DNA from: Bacteroidota bacterium | GTDB lineage: Bacteria; Bacteroidota; Bacteroidia; UBA7662 | Assembly: GCA_027485465.1 (NCBI GenBank) | Contig: JAIXRA010000067.1 | Coordinates: 1 to 44,878, forward strand | DNA: 44,878 nucleotides | Reading direction: 5' to 3' | In this document: in pieces, positions 35,803 to 44,878 of the stretch | Position numbering within the stretch: position 1 is the stretch's first letter | How the letters are laid out: the number at the start of each line of letters is the position of its first letter | Position numbers and translations under genes: made by a program | Notes under the pieces: generated by a model | Database searches by the model: none | What the model saw: the letters and a program-made list of their open reading frames with translations, nothing else | What the model was told of the DNA's origin: nothing

Positions 35803-38046
35803 TTGTTTTCAATAATTCGACTTTCCTTTTGGGGTTTCCTTGGGGCACTGATTTTCGGTGCATTGCGCCTTGTCGCCCAAGACAGTCCAACCACGACATC
35901 CTCCAACCTGCCCACCAGAGACACGGTTTGGAACGGCCACCTACGGGTCTTGCAACCGGTGGTGATCACCACCTCCCGGTTGGTTCAACGTCCCGAACGT
36001 TCCACGGCCAGTTTGGGCCTATTGACCAGACAAGATGCCGAGGCCTTCAACAGCCTCACCCCCGAGGATGCCCTCAATCGCATGTCCGGGGTTTACAGCC
36101 TAAGAGGCCAACTGAGCATACGGGGTAGCGGAGGTTTTACACTCAATGCAGGAAGCCGGGCCCTGATGCTTTTGGACGGGCTACCCCTGCTCTCGGCGGA
36201 TGCGGCCGAGGTGCATTGGAAACTCCTACCTACCGAACAATTGGAACAAATTGAGGTTCTCAAAACCGCCGGATCCGCCCTCTACGGTTCATCCGCTCTG
36301 GGCGGGGTGGTTCATTTTCGAACCCGGAAGCCCGGCGCTGAACCGCTGAACTTGATAAGCGGCTTCACCGGAGTCTACGCCGATCCCCCCTCGTTTCATC
36401 GCAACCCATGGGGCCGTTCCAATTATCCGACCTTTAACGGACTATCCTACCTGCACAGTGCGCGGTACGGGAACACCGAAGTCACCGGCAGCTTCCAAGC
36501 CGTCGCGGATCAAGGCTTTCGCATCGGTGAAACCAGCAAACGCCTCCGTGGTGGCTTGAACCTCCGACGATCCATGGGAAGAGGGTGGACTGCTGGGCTA
36601 GCCGGGCATTTCCTGATTGACTCCATGCGCTTGTTTTCGATTTGGAAAAGCGATACCGATGCCTTTGTTCCTGCCGATGGCTCCACCAATCCCCAAATCA
36701 ACCGCCGATGGATTGTGGACCCTTCGATCACGTACCTAAGTGCCCGTTTTCAATTCAAATGGCTCAACCGCACCTATTATTCCTATAATAATTTTAACAA
36801 CGAAGATTTTGCGCTGGCCTTGATGACTTACAGCGAGCCCACCCTGCGTTGGATTCTACCATCCCAGAATGTTTCGTTGATGCTTGGCGCTGTATATCAA
36901 CAAAATACCATTGATTCCAAAAACCTTTACCGCCAACAGGGCTCATCCCAGCAGGCGGTCTATGCCCAAGCCGATTACCAAGAGAAACGCTGGACATGGG
37001 GAGCGGGCATGCGTATGGAGCGTTATGTTACGAATGGATTGGAACGGATGGCCTTGCCTCAAATCAGGACTTCGTTGAATTATCAGCTTGTGAAACCCGG
37101 TCGTTTTAACAAAAGGTTTCAACCCCCTGCCTTCGATTCGATTCAAATTATGCCGTTGTGGATAGATCCAACGCCCAACCCGGCTCGGGGTGGATTCCTG
37201 CGGGCGTCGATTGGTCAGGGCTTCCGTTTACCGAGCATCGCGGAACTTTATTCCAATTCCAAGATAGGAGGCGTTCGTATCCTGGGTGATAGCACCTTGG
37301 ATGCTGAACAAAGCTGGTCTGCTGAGGTGGGCTATATGCATCGCTTTGGTCGTAGCGAACTGCAACCGGAATTGGACATTGCTTTTTTTCATTCCTTTTA
37401 TCGCAACCTGGTGGAATTTAATTTTGAAGTGGCCCTACCGGCGGTTTACGATGCCCAGGATTCCGCTTGGTTCAATGACCCCAGCCTTAACACCGAAGAA
37501 AAAAACTCCCGCCTCTTCCAAAAATACGCCCGTTTCAAACCGATGGGTGTACCAGAGGCGATGATTCAAGGCGTTGAGGCTCAATTCAGCGGCAGCCTTC
37601 CGCTGCCCAAAGGAATGTTCCAATACCGGCTGGGTTATACGTTCAGCAACCCGTTGAATCTGCGTCCACCGGCCTTTGATTCTACCTACAATTCCACCCT
37701 GACCGATTTGATGAGGTTCTTGAAATACCGATACCGTCATTTGTTACGAGCTGAATTTTCTGTCCATAAAGGGCCCTGGACCTGGACAACCCAAGTTCGA
37801 TACAATTCCATTCCCTTGAATATTGACAAGGACTATTACCGTTTTATACCGGGACTGCTGGACCACCGCATCCGAACCCGTCACGGGGATTGGATGGTGG
37901 ATCTAAGGCTTGGTTGGACGGGGTATCGGGGACGCTACCGTTTTAATTTCATCGTCCGCAATGCCCTCAACAGGAGTTGGATGCCCGTACCGGGCAATAT
38001 CGGGGAACAACGTAATTTTCAAGTTCAATGGACCGTACAACTCTGA
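35803..38046 (+). CDS. TonB-dependent receptor without an N-terminal carboxypeptidase-like domain
   Basis: Signal peptide, VVITTSR TonB-box-like segment, plug motif IEVLKTAGSALYGSSALGGVV, beta-barrel and C-terminal VRNALN; TTG start uncertain. Confidence 0.9.
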   Translation: MFSIIRLSFWGFLGALIFGALRLVAQDSPTTTSSNLPTRDTVWNGHLRVLQPVVITTSRLVQRPERSTASLGLLTRQDAEAFNSLTPEDALNRMSGVYSLRGQLSIRGSGGFTLNAGSRALMLLDGLPLLSADAAEVHWKLLPTEQLEQIEVLKTAGSALYGSSALGGVVHFRTRKPGAEPLNLISGFTGVYADPPSFHRNPWGRSNYPTFNGLSYLHSARYGNTEVTGSFQAVADQGFRIGETSKRLRGGLNLRRSMGRGWTAGLAGHFLIDSMRLFSIWKSDTDAFVPADGSTNPQINRRWIVDPSITYLSARFQFKWLNRTYYSYNNFNNEDFALALMTYSEPTLRWILPSQNVSLMLGAVYQQNTIDSKNLYRQQGSSQQAVYAQADYQEKRWTWGAGMRMERYVTNGLERMALPQIRTSLNYQLVKPGRFNKRFQPPAFDSIQIMPLWIDPTPNPARGGFLRASIGQGFRLPSIAELYSNSKIGGVRILGDSTLDAEQSWSAEVGYMHRFGRSELQPELDIAFFHSFYRNLVEFNFEVALPAVYDAQDSAWFNDPSLNTEEKNSRLFQKYARFKPMGVPEAMIQGVEAQFSGSLPLPKGMFQYRLGYTFSNPLNLRPPAFDSTYNSTLTDLMRFLKYRYRHLLRAEFSVHKGPWTWTTQVRYNSIPLNIDKDYYRFIPGLLDHRIRTRHGDWMVDLRLGWTGYRGRYRFNFIVRNALNRSWMPVPGNIGEQRNFQVQWTVQL

Positions 38047-40346
38047 ACGCGCTTTGCCCATGGGCCGTCGAATCTCTACGGCTAACCCTGCTGACCGCCT
38101 TGTTGTTGGGACTGGCCTCCTTGGCAACCAAGGCCCAGGAGCCGGGTGGCGTGCTTCGTGGCAAAGTCATGGATCGCGTGTTGAAAAGCCCCCTTCCCGG
38201 GGCCAATCTGCAATGGATGTGCCCTGCCAAGGACTTTACGACCGCACCATCCACCGCGGGTACCGCCAGCATGGGCGACGGGACCTATGAACTTCGGGTC
38301 CTCCCAGGTTGTTCGCTGAGGGTTAGTGCCATTGGTTACCAAACCCGATGGATTTTGTTGCCCGCCGCTACGTCGAACGAGGCCATCAAGCGATTGGATA
38401 TTGTATTGGAACCGGTTACGCTGGATCTGGATGCTGTCGTCATCAGTGCGGGCCGCTTTGAGCAACGTCTCAGCGAAGTCTCGGTGTCCATGCAAATTCT
38501 CAAACCGGAACTTCTCCAACAAAACAATTTAACCCGCTTGGATGATGCCATGGATCGTGTCCCCGGCGTCAGCATCGTGAATGGTCAGGCCAATATTCGA
38601 GGGACTTCCGGGTTTAGCTACGGAGCAGGGAGCCGGGTTCAGGTTCTTTTGGACGAAATGCCTTTGCTGAGCGCCGATGCCAACGATGTTCGATGGGCCT
38701 TCATGCCCATGGAAATCCTCTCCCAGATCGAGGTTATCAAGGGAGCCTCCTCGGTGCTGTTTGGAAGTGGAGCCTTGGGTGGTGCCATTCATTTACGAAG
38801 CCAATGGCCAGGGACTCAACCCGGCGGTATGCTTCAAACCTATGCCCTGGGTTACGATCATCCCCCGTCCCGGTTCACCGACCCCTACCCCGGTCGTATG
38901 CCCCTCCAAAGCGGTATCAATGGTTATTACCAAAAAAATTCCGGTCGTCTTGACTGGACCGTCGGCGCCATGGCCCTCACAGACCCTGGCTTCAGGATTG
39001 GCGAATTCAGCAACCGAATCCGAGCCAATACCGCCCTTCGTTACCGACTCAGCCCCCAACTCATGCTCAGCGTGGCCGGTAATTTCATGACCGAAAAAAT
39101 CGGTAATTTTCTTTTTTGGAACAACCTCGATTCAGCGCATTTTCCGGCCTCAGGGACCAACGATACCCTGCTCAGCCGTCGAGCTATGCTAGATCCTGTT
39201 TTGCGCTACACCGACCCCTGGGGCAATAACCACACCCTCAAAAACCGCTGGTACCTCACCCAAAACATGGGCGACAGCGATCGAAATGTACGAGGGTTGA
39301 TGCGTTACCACGAATATCAATTTCAAAGACGCTTTGTGGGCCCCCACAAATCGACCTGGGTGAGCAACAGCGGCGTCACCTATCTTCATAACAATGTCCA
39401 AAGCCAAGGTCTGTACGGGGACCGGAACAGCCGATCCATCGCCTTCTACTCCCAAATGGATGTACAGGCCGGGCGCTTGGGACTCTCCCTTGGGGGCCGT
39501 TTTGAATCGACCCGCATTGAATCCGATCCCTTGATTCGATTCCCCGTTTTTCGGTCGGGCATGACCTACGCCCTCGCCAAGGCCACCCACCTGCGCGCAT
39601 CGGCAGGGCAAGGCTTCCGTGCCCCTTCGGTGGCCGAACGGTATGTTCGGGCTGTCGGTGGGGCGGTCGAGGTCCTTCCCAACCCAACCTTGCAACCAGA
39701 ACAAGGATGGAGCGGCGAAATCGGACTGCGCCAGGGATACAAAAGGGGTTCCCTGGTGGGCGGCTTGGATATCGCTGCCTTTTATACCCGCTATACGGAT
39801 ATGATCGAATTTAGTTTCCGTTTATGGCCGGACGGTGACGGGTTCAAAGCGATCAATCTCTTGAACACCAAAGCCGTCATGTGGGGTTTTGAAGCTGGAA
39901 CCGAAGGCCAAGCCCGAATCGGCACCCACACGCTCCGCTGGATGATGGGCTATACCTTCACCCAACCGACCCAATACGCGATGCCCATCCCTGCGGAACC
40001 GGACTATATCGTAAAAGACACCCTCAAATACCGTAGCCGACACCTGTGGCGTTCCGATTTGTTATGGGAAAGAGGGCGAATGCAGGCGGGGATCAACCTC
40101 CGCTACAATAGTTTTATGCTCAAAATCGACGATATATTTTATTCGTTTATCCCCGGGACCCAGGCCTTTCGGGACGAAAACAACCAGGGCGATTGGATCG
40201 TCGATCTGCGCGCAGCTTATCAACTCCAGAAACAATTCAAAATCTCGGCCCTCGTGCGCAATGCCTTCAACCGGGCCTACGCCGTGGTCCCCGGTAACTT
40301 GGGCCCACCTCGAGCCTTCCTCCTCCAGGCCCAATGGAATCTTTGA
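38028..40346 (+). CDS. TonB-dependent receptor with N-terminal CarboxypepD_reg-like domain
   Basis: Signal peptide, LRGKVMD..PLPGAN...SAIGY domain, VVISAGR, IEVIKGASSVLFGSGALGG and C-terminal VRNAFN. Confidence 0.92.
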   Translation: MDRTTLNALCPWAVESLRLTLLTALLLGLASLATKAQEPGGVLRGKVMDRVLKSPLPGANLQWMCPAKDFTTAPSTAGTASMGDGTYELRVLPGCSLRVSAIGYQTRWILLPAATSNEAIKRLDIVLEPVTLDLDAVVISAGRFEQRLSEVSVSMQILKPELLQQNNLTRLDDAMDRVPGVSIVNGQANIRGTSGFSYGAGSRVQVLLDEMPLLSADANDVRWAFMPMEILSQIEVIKGASSVLFGSGALGGAIHLRSQWPGTQPGGMLQTYALGYDHPPSRFTDPYPGRMPLQSGINGYYQKNSGRLDWTVGAMALTDPGFRIGEFSNRIRANTALRYRLSPQLMLSVAGNFMTEKIGNFLFWNNLDSAHFPASGTNDTLLSRRAMLDPVLRYTDPWGNNHTLKNRWYLTQNMGDSDRNVRGLMRYHEYQFQRRFVGPHKSTWVSNSGVTYLHNNVQSQGLYGDRNSRSIAFYSQMDVQAGRLGLSLGGRFESTRIESDPLIRFPVFRSGMTYALAKATHLRASAGQGFRAPSVAERYVRAVGGAVEVLPNPTLQPEQGWSGEIGLRQGYKRGSLVGGLDIAAFYTRYTDMIEFSFRLWPDGDGFKAINLLNTKAVMWGFEAGTEGQARIGTHTLRWMMGYTFTQPTQYAMPIPAEPDYIVKDTLKYRSRHLWRSDLLWERGRMQAGINLRYNSFMLKIDDIFYSFIPGTQAFRDENNQGDWIVDLRAAYQLQKQFKISALVRNAFNRAYAVVPGNLGPPRAFLLQAQWNL

Positions 40347-42700
40347 CCTCCCCTCGCTTTTCACCTAATCCCCACGCCTTGAACCCATTTCTTCGTTTCA
40401 CCTTCTTCTCTTTCTACCTAATCCTAGCCCTGGGGCTGGCATCGGATCCCGCTTGGGCTCAATCCCGACGAGCTTCCAGTGGAACAAGCAAAAATAACAT
40501 CCCTGATGCCCCGACCACTGAAGACCAACTGAGCCTGGAATCCATCTTTGCATCCGGAAAATATGCCCAACGAGGTGCCGGTGTTATGGAATCGCTCAAG
40601 GACGGAATTCATTACTATAACAACCAACGCATCGGTGATTCACTGAAGGAAAACGCCTTGCTTATCTATGCCTACGAAGACGGGAAGGTCACCGATACCC
40701 TGCTCCGTGATTCCTGGTTACGCAGCCCGGACTACCCCGAAGGTTTGGCCTGGGAAGACGTAGAACTCTCCCCGGATGAATCGGTGCTTTTGCTGGCGAC
40801 CGATGCAGAATCCGTTTATCGGTACTCTTCCAAAGCCAAGTATTATGTGTGGAGCCGATCCAACCGAAGCCTGGTTCCTTTGATGGACGGTGCCAAAATC
40901 ATGGCTCCCGCCTTTTCCCCCAACGGCCGCTACCTTGCCTTTGTCTATTCCAACGATTTGTATATCCAAGACCTGCAAAACCAGCAATTGCGGAGAATCA
41001 CTCGGGATGGCCAAGTCAATCAAATCATCAACGGACACGGAGACTGGGTGTACGAAGAGGAATTGGAATTAACCAGGGCCTTTGCCTGGTCGCCCGACAG
41101 CAAAGCCCTCCTGTACTTGCGCTTTGACGAATCCAAAGTTCCTCAAATGAGTATCCCAATCTACGAGGGGAACCTCTACCCCCAAGAAATGAAATTCAAA
41201 TACCCCAAAGCCGGGGAACCCAATGCGGCGGTTAGCTTGTGGATGTTTGAATTGGATCAGGCCAAGCCTCGCTGCATCATTGCCGAAGATCCAAGGACCG
41301 GGGATGATGCCGACCATTACTTGGCCCGCATCGGCTGGACCAAAGACGCCGGTCTGGCCTGGGTTCAAACCATGAACCGGGCCCAAAATCGGCTGGATCT
41401 TTCCTTGATCAACCGCGAAAGCGGTGAACGCCGTTTGCTACGACGGGAACAATCCGAAACCTGGGTGGACCTTCACGATCATTTGGTCTTCTTGGACCAT
41501 GGAAGTTATTTCATTCATTCGAGCGAACACAGTGGTTTTCAACGCCTCTACCTCTACGACATGCAGGGCCGAGAGGTGGCGCCCCTGACGCCCGATGGCC
41601 AAGAACTGACCGATTTCTACGGAGTCGATCCCCAACGCAATGAAATTTACTACGGATTGGCGGCTCCAACCCCCATGGAAAGGCAAGTGTTCCGGGCCAA
41701 GCTCCCCGAATTGCAACCAACCACATCAGCCCCTACCCAACCGGTACCCACCGCGACCATGCTGAGCCGAGAAAGCGGGAAAACAACCGCCCGCTTTAGC
41801 CCAACCTATGATTACCATGTGTTGCAACACACCCAAATAGATCAACCGCTTCGGGTCAGCCTTCATCGAAGGGACGAAGAACTACGGGTCCTCCAAGACA
41901 ACCAAGCCCTTGTGCTTAAACTACGCAGTGCACCGCTTGGCAAGAAAACTCTGATGCAGGTGCCCGGGGCCGATTCCACCCTGCTAAATGCCTATGTTAT
42001 TCAACCACAGAATTTTAACCCCAAAAAATCCTACCCCCTTTTGATGTTCGTTTACGGAGGGCCTGGAAGCCAAACCGTGGATGCATCGCTGGGTCAAAAC
42101 TATTTATGGTTTCAATACCTCACCACCTTGGGCTACGTGGTCGCCTCGGTGGACGGAAGGGGCACCGGTTACCGAGGGGCGGCTTTCGAAAAAGCCACCT
42201 ACCGGCAATTGGGCAAATTGGAATGCGATGATCAAATTGCGGCGGCCCGATACTTTGGCAAGCAACCCTGGGTGGATGCCCAAAGGATTGGAATCTTTGG
42301 TTGGTCGTTTGGGGGATACCTAAGTTCCTTGGCGATAACCAGGGGCGCCGATGTTTTCAAAGCCGCCGTGGCCGTAGCCCCTGTTATTAACTGGCGCTTT
42401 TACGATTCGATTTATACCGAACGTTTTTTGGGAACCCCCGCAGACAATCCCGATGGTTACGACCAAAACTCACCGGAAAACCACGCAGCCAAACTGGTCG
42501 GAAATTACCTCCTTATTCATGGCACCGCCGACGACAATGTGCATTACCAAAATGCGGCTGTCATGGCCAAACGATTGGTAGATCTCAACAAGGACTTTGA
42601 ATTCATCACCTACACCGACAAAAACCACGGCATCAGCGGGGGCAAAACCCGCCTGCAATTGTTTACCAAAATCACCGGTTTCCTTCAAAAAAACCTCTAA
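40334..42700 (+). CDS. S9 family dipeptidyl-peptidase IV
   Basis: Signal peptide, DWVYEEE, YPKAG, YGGPGSQ, GWSFGG (Ser), HGTADDNVH (Asp) and NHGI (His); alternative TTG start near 40379. Confidence 0.95.
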   Translation: MESLTSPRFSPNPHALNPFLRFTFFSFYLILALGLASDPAWAQSRRASSGTSKNNIPDAPTTEDQLSLESIFASGKYAQRGAGVMESLKDGIHYYNNQRIGDSLKENALLIYAYEDGKVTDTLLRDSWLRSPDYPEGLAWEDVELSPDESVLLLATDAESVYRYSSKAKYYVWSRSNRSLVPLMDGAKIMAPAFSPNGRYLAFVYSNDLYIQDLQNQQLRRITRDGQVNQIINGHGDWVYEEELELTRAFAWSPDSKALLYLRFDESKVPQMSIPIYEGNLYPQEMKFKYPKAGEPNAAVSLWMFELDQAKPRCIIAEDPRTGDDADHYLARIGWTKDAGLAWVQTMNRAQNRLDLSLINRESGERRLLRREQSETWVDLHDHLVFLDHGSYFIHSSEHSGFQRLYLYDMQGREVAPLTPDGQELTDFYGVDPQRNEIYYGLAAPTPMERQVFRAKLPELQPTTSAPTQPVPTATMLSRESGKTTARFSPTYDYHVLQHTQIDQPLRVSLHRRDEELRVLQDNQALVLKLRSAPLGKKTLMQVPGADSTLLNAYVIQPQNFNPKKSYPLLMFVYGGPGSQTVDASLGQNYLWFQYLTTLGYVVASVDGRGTGYRGAAFEKATYRQLGKLECDDQIAAARYFGKQPWVDAQRIGIFGWSFGGYLSSLAITRGADVFKAAVAVAPVINWRFYDSIYTERFLGTPADNPDGYDQNSPENHAAKLVGNYLLIHGTADDNVHYQNAAVMAKRLVDLNKDFEFITYTDKNHGISGGKTRLQLFTKITGFLQKNL

Positions 42701-42832
42701 ACGACCTATTTCTATCGCTGCAGGCCCTATTCCTATCCCAGGACGGTCCTCAAAAGGTCAATTTGACGGGTTTTCGCTTAATTTCACAACCGCGTGCCCC
42801 TTGGGGGCCTTGTTTCACTTCCAAACCACCTT

Positions 42833-44557
42833 ATGAGCTCCTCAAAATCCTCTGCTTCTGACCGCCACCCGACCGGTTTATGGTATCTGTTTGCCACCGA
42901 AATGTGGGAACGATTCGGCTATTACCTCATGCTTGGCATTTTCTCGCTTTACATGCTCGATGGCTGGAACAACGGGGGGATGGGTTTTGACTCCAAAACA
43001 AAATCCGATATCTACGGCACCTACCTGGGGTTGGTGTACCTGACGCCTTTTATTGGCGGTCTCCTCGCCGACCGCATGCTGGGGTACCGACGATCCATTA
43101 TCCTGGGCGGCCTGATGATGGCGGCCGGCTATTTTTTGTTATCGGTCCATAGCATCGAAACCTTCTACGCCGCGTTGGCTTTGATCATCCTTGGCAATGG
43201 TTTTTTTAAGCCCAATATCTCCACCCTGGTGGGTAACCTCTACAATACCGACGCGCTCAAAAACAAAAAGGATTCTGGCTTTAACATCTTCTACATGGGA
43301 ATTAACGTGGGAGCCTTCATCTGCAATTTTGTGGCGGCCTATATGCGTATTAACTATGGATGGGGCCACGCCTTTGCGGCGGCTGGTGTTGGGATGTTGA
43401 TTGGGGTTGTTATTTTTCTGATAGGGATGCCCCATATCAAACATGTGGATCAAGTCAAACCGCTCAAGGATGGTGATATGTCAACCCTCAAAATCCTGTC
43501 CATGACCCTTTTACCGATGTTCGTCTTTGGGGCCATCGGGTATGCCATCCCTGGGAATCTCTTGGGCACCGACACCAACGACGCCTTCATCATCGGCTGT
43601 TTACCCGTCATTGCCTTTTTTATCTATTTAGCCTATACGGCCGAAGCCAAAGAACGCCGCGCCATCAAAGCCCTTTTGGCGGTCTTCTCTTGTGTTATAT
43701 TGTTCTTTGCGATTTTTCACCAAAACGGTGACGCGCTAACGGTCTGGGCCGAGGATTTTACCGATCGTGAAATGCCAGCTGCTATTGCCCCCGCCGCCGA
43801 AAATTTTGGAATGGCGCAGGTGGTGACCAACCATGAATTGGTTCAAATGAACGATGAGGAATTTGGAATTGCGATGGAGATGATGCGTTCCCAAGAAAAC
43901 GCCATGCCCGGCACGACGGCCGAAGAACTCAAAGCCAAAGCTGATTACTCCGAAATCGTATCGCAGGTCGAAAAATCCAGGGCCTACTTCAAAAACCTAC
44001 CCAAGGACCAGATCCCACCCACCGGACAAAGCCTGAGGCTTTATTCCACCGAATTGTACCAGTCCATGAACCCGTTCTGGGTCGTTTTGTTAACGCCTGT
44101 AATGGTTGGTATCTGGGGCTTTTTTCGCTCCCGCGGCAAAGAACCCTCCACCCCAACCAAAATCGCCTTGGGTTTGGTCATCACCGCCCTTTCGGCCTTG
44201 GTGATGGTCGGAGCTGTTATGGCGACGAACGATCTTAGTGTAAAAGCCGGTTCCTTTTGGCTGCTGGCTTCCTACGGTGTGATCACCGTGGGTGAGCTCT
44301 GTTTGTCGCCTATGGGCCTTTCGCTGGTCTCCAAATTAAGCCCGCCACGAATCACCGCCCTGATGATGGGAGGATTCTTTTTGGCGGTTTCGGTTGGCAA
44401 CAAAATGTCAGGGATGCTATCAAGCCTCTGGGAAAGTTTTGATGACAAGAGGGATTTCTTTCTTTTGAATTTTGGACTGGTCATGGGCGCTGCACTTCTT
44501 CTGTTCCTGATGCTGCGCTGGCTGAATTCGGTCATGAAAGAGAACAACGTCCTCTAA
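42833..44557 (+). CDS. Proton-dependent oligopeptide transporter (POT/PTR, MFS)
   Basis: EMWERFGYY (ExxERFxYY), GGLLADR, GNGFFKPN, FYMGINVG, QSMNP and GELCLSP; start at ATG 42833. Confidence 0.96.
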   Translation: MSSSKSSASDRHPTGLWYLFATEMWERFGYYLMLGIFSLYMLDGWNNGGMGFDSKTKSDIYGTYLGLVYLTPFIGGLLADRMLGYRRSIILGGLMMAAGYFLLSVHSIETFYAALALIILGNGFFKPNISTLVGNLYNTDALKNKKDSGFNIFYMGINVGAFICNFVAAYMRINYGWGHAFAAAGVGMLIGVVIFLIGMPHIKHVDQVKPLKDGDMSTLKILSMTLLPMFVFGAIGYAIPGNLLGTDTNDAFIIGCLPVIAFFIYLAYTAEAKERRAIKALLAVFSCVILFFAIFHQNGDALTVWAEDFTDREMPAAIAPAAENFGMAQVVTNHELVQMNDEEFGIAMEMMRSQENAMPGTTAEELKAKADYSEIVSQVEKSRAYFKNLPKDQIPPTGQSLRLYSTELYQSMNPFWVVLLTPVMVGIWGFFRSRGKEPSTPTKIALGLVITALSALVMVGAVMATNDLSVKAGSFWLLASYGVITVGELCLSPMGLSLVSKLSPPRITALMMGGFFLAVSVGNKMSGMLSSLWESFDDKRDFFLLNFGLVMGAALLLFLMLRWLNSVMKENNVL

Positions 44558-44567
44558 ACCAACACTT

Positions 44568-44878
44568 ATGAACAACCCACCCCCCCCCTCCGATGGCCTA
44601 AGTTCCTCGGAGCAGGAATCCTTGTTGGCTATCCGCAACTTCAGCGGAACCTACCCCAAGCAGATATGGTACCTATTTATGGTCGAAATGTGGGAACGAT
44701 TTTGTTTCTACGGAATGCGCGGGATGTTAATGGTCTTTATGGTGACGGAACTCGGTTTGGGGGATGGGGCGGCCAATTTGCAATACGGTTCCATTCAGTC
44801 CTTTGTCTATGCCTTCACCTTTTTGGGGGGCGTGCTTGCCGACCGCTTTCTCGGATTCCGAAAATCGTTGTTATGGGG
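44568..44878 (+). CDS. Second POT family peptide transporter; partial, runs off the right edge
   Basis: Not in the ORF track. Manual translation MNNPPPPSDG...YPKQIWYLFMVEMWERFCFYGMRGML...GGVLADRFLGFRKS. Confidence 0.93.
   Translation, partial: MNNPPPPSDGLSSSEQESLLAIRNFSGTYPKQIWYLFMVEMWERFCFYGMRGMLMVFMVTELGLGDGAANLQYGSIQSFVYAFTFLGGVLADRFLGFRKSLLW

Noticed and set aside
1-44878. tRNA, rRNA, CRISPR arrays, IS elements, prophage, recoded stops or frameshifted genes
   Set aside because: All spacers are under about 160 bp and were read without finding such elements. Complete genes have family-typical lengths and intact catalytic motifs.

Overview
This is a gene-dense, core-genome stretch of a Bacteroidota chromosome. 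The evidence is TAnnTTTG promoter elements, no obvious Shine-Dalgarno sites, a fused LpxC-FabZ, and gldB/gldD/gldE plus porX. From left to right it contains: a minus-strand thiolase-truA-ABC transporter-M1 aminopeptidase run, with the peptidase cut by the left edge; htpG; purH-mreBCD-mrdA-rodA plus a small membrane protein; minus-strand mutY-ssb-gldE-gldD-recG; HU-TPR protein-bS22-rng; nadE divergent from gldB; minus-strand porX-udk-trkA divergent from HD hydrolase-lpxD-lpxC/fabZ-lpxA-orphan ABC ATPase; dprA; and two paralogous TonB-dependent receptors followed by DPP-IV and two POT transporters, the last cut by the right edge. I found no tRNA, rRNA, CRISPR array, IS element, prophage or defence island, and no clear-cut novel multi-gene system. 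The best leads are small-scale: a textbook sigma54 promoter with an upstream pseudo-palindrome before htpG; a canonical G-quadruplex motif over the promoter of the udk-trkA (K+ uptake) unit; a SusD-less tandem-TBDR/DPP-IV/POT putative peptide-utilisation locus; a 29-aa ribosomal protein bS22 gene missed by the ORF track, followed by a structured rng leader; and probable leaderless mRNAs. All calls come from reading motifs by eye, with no database searches.
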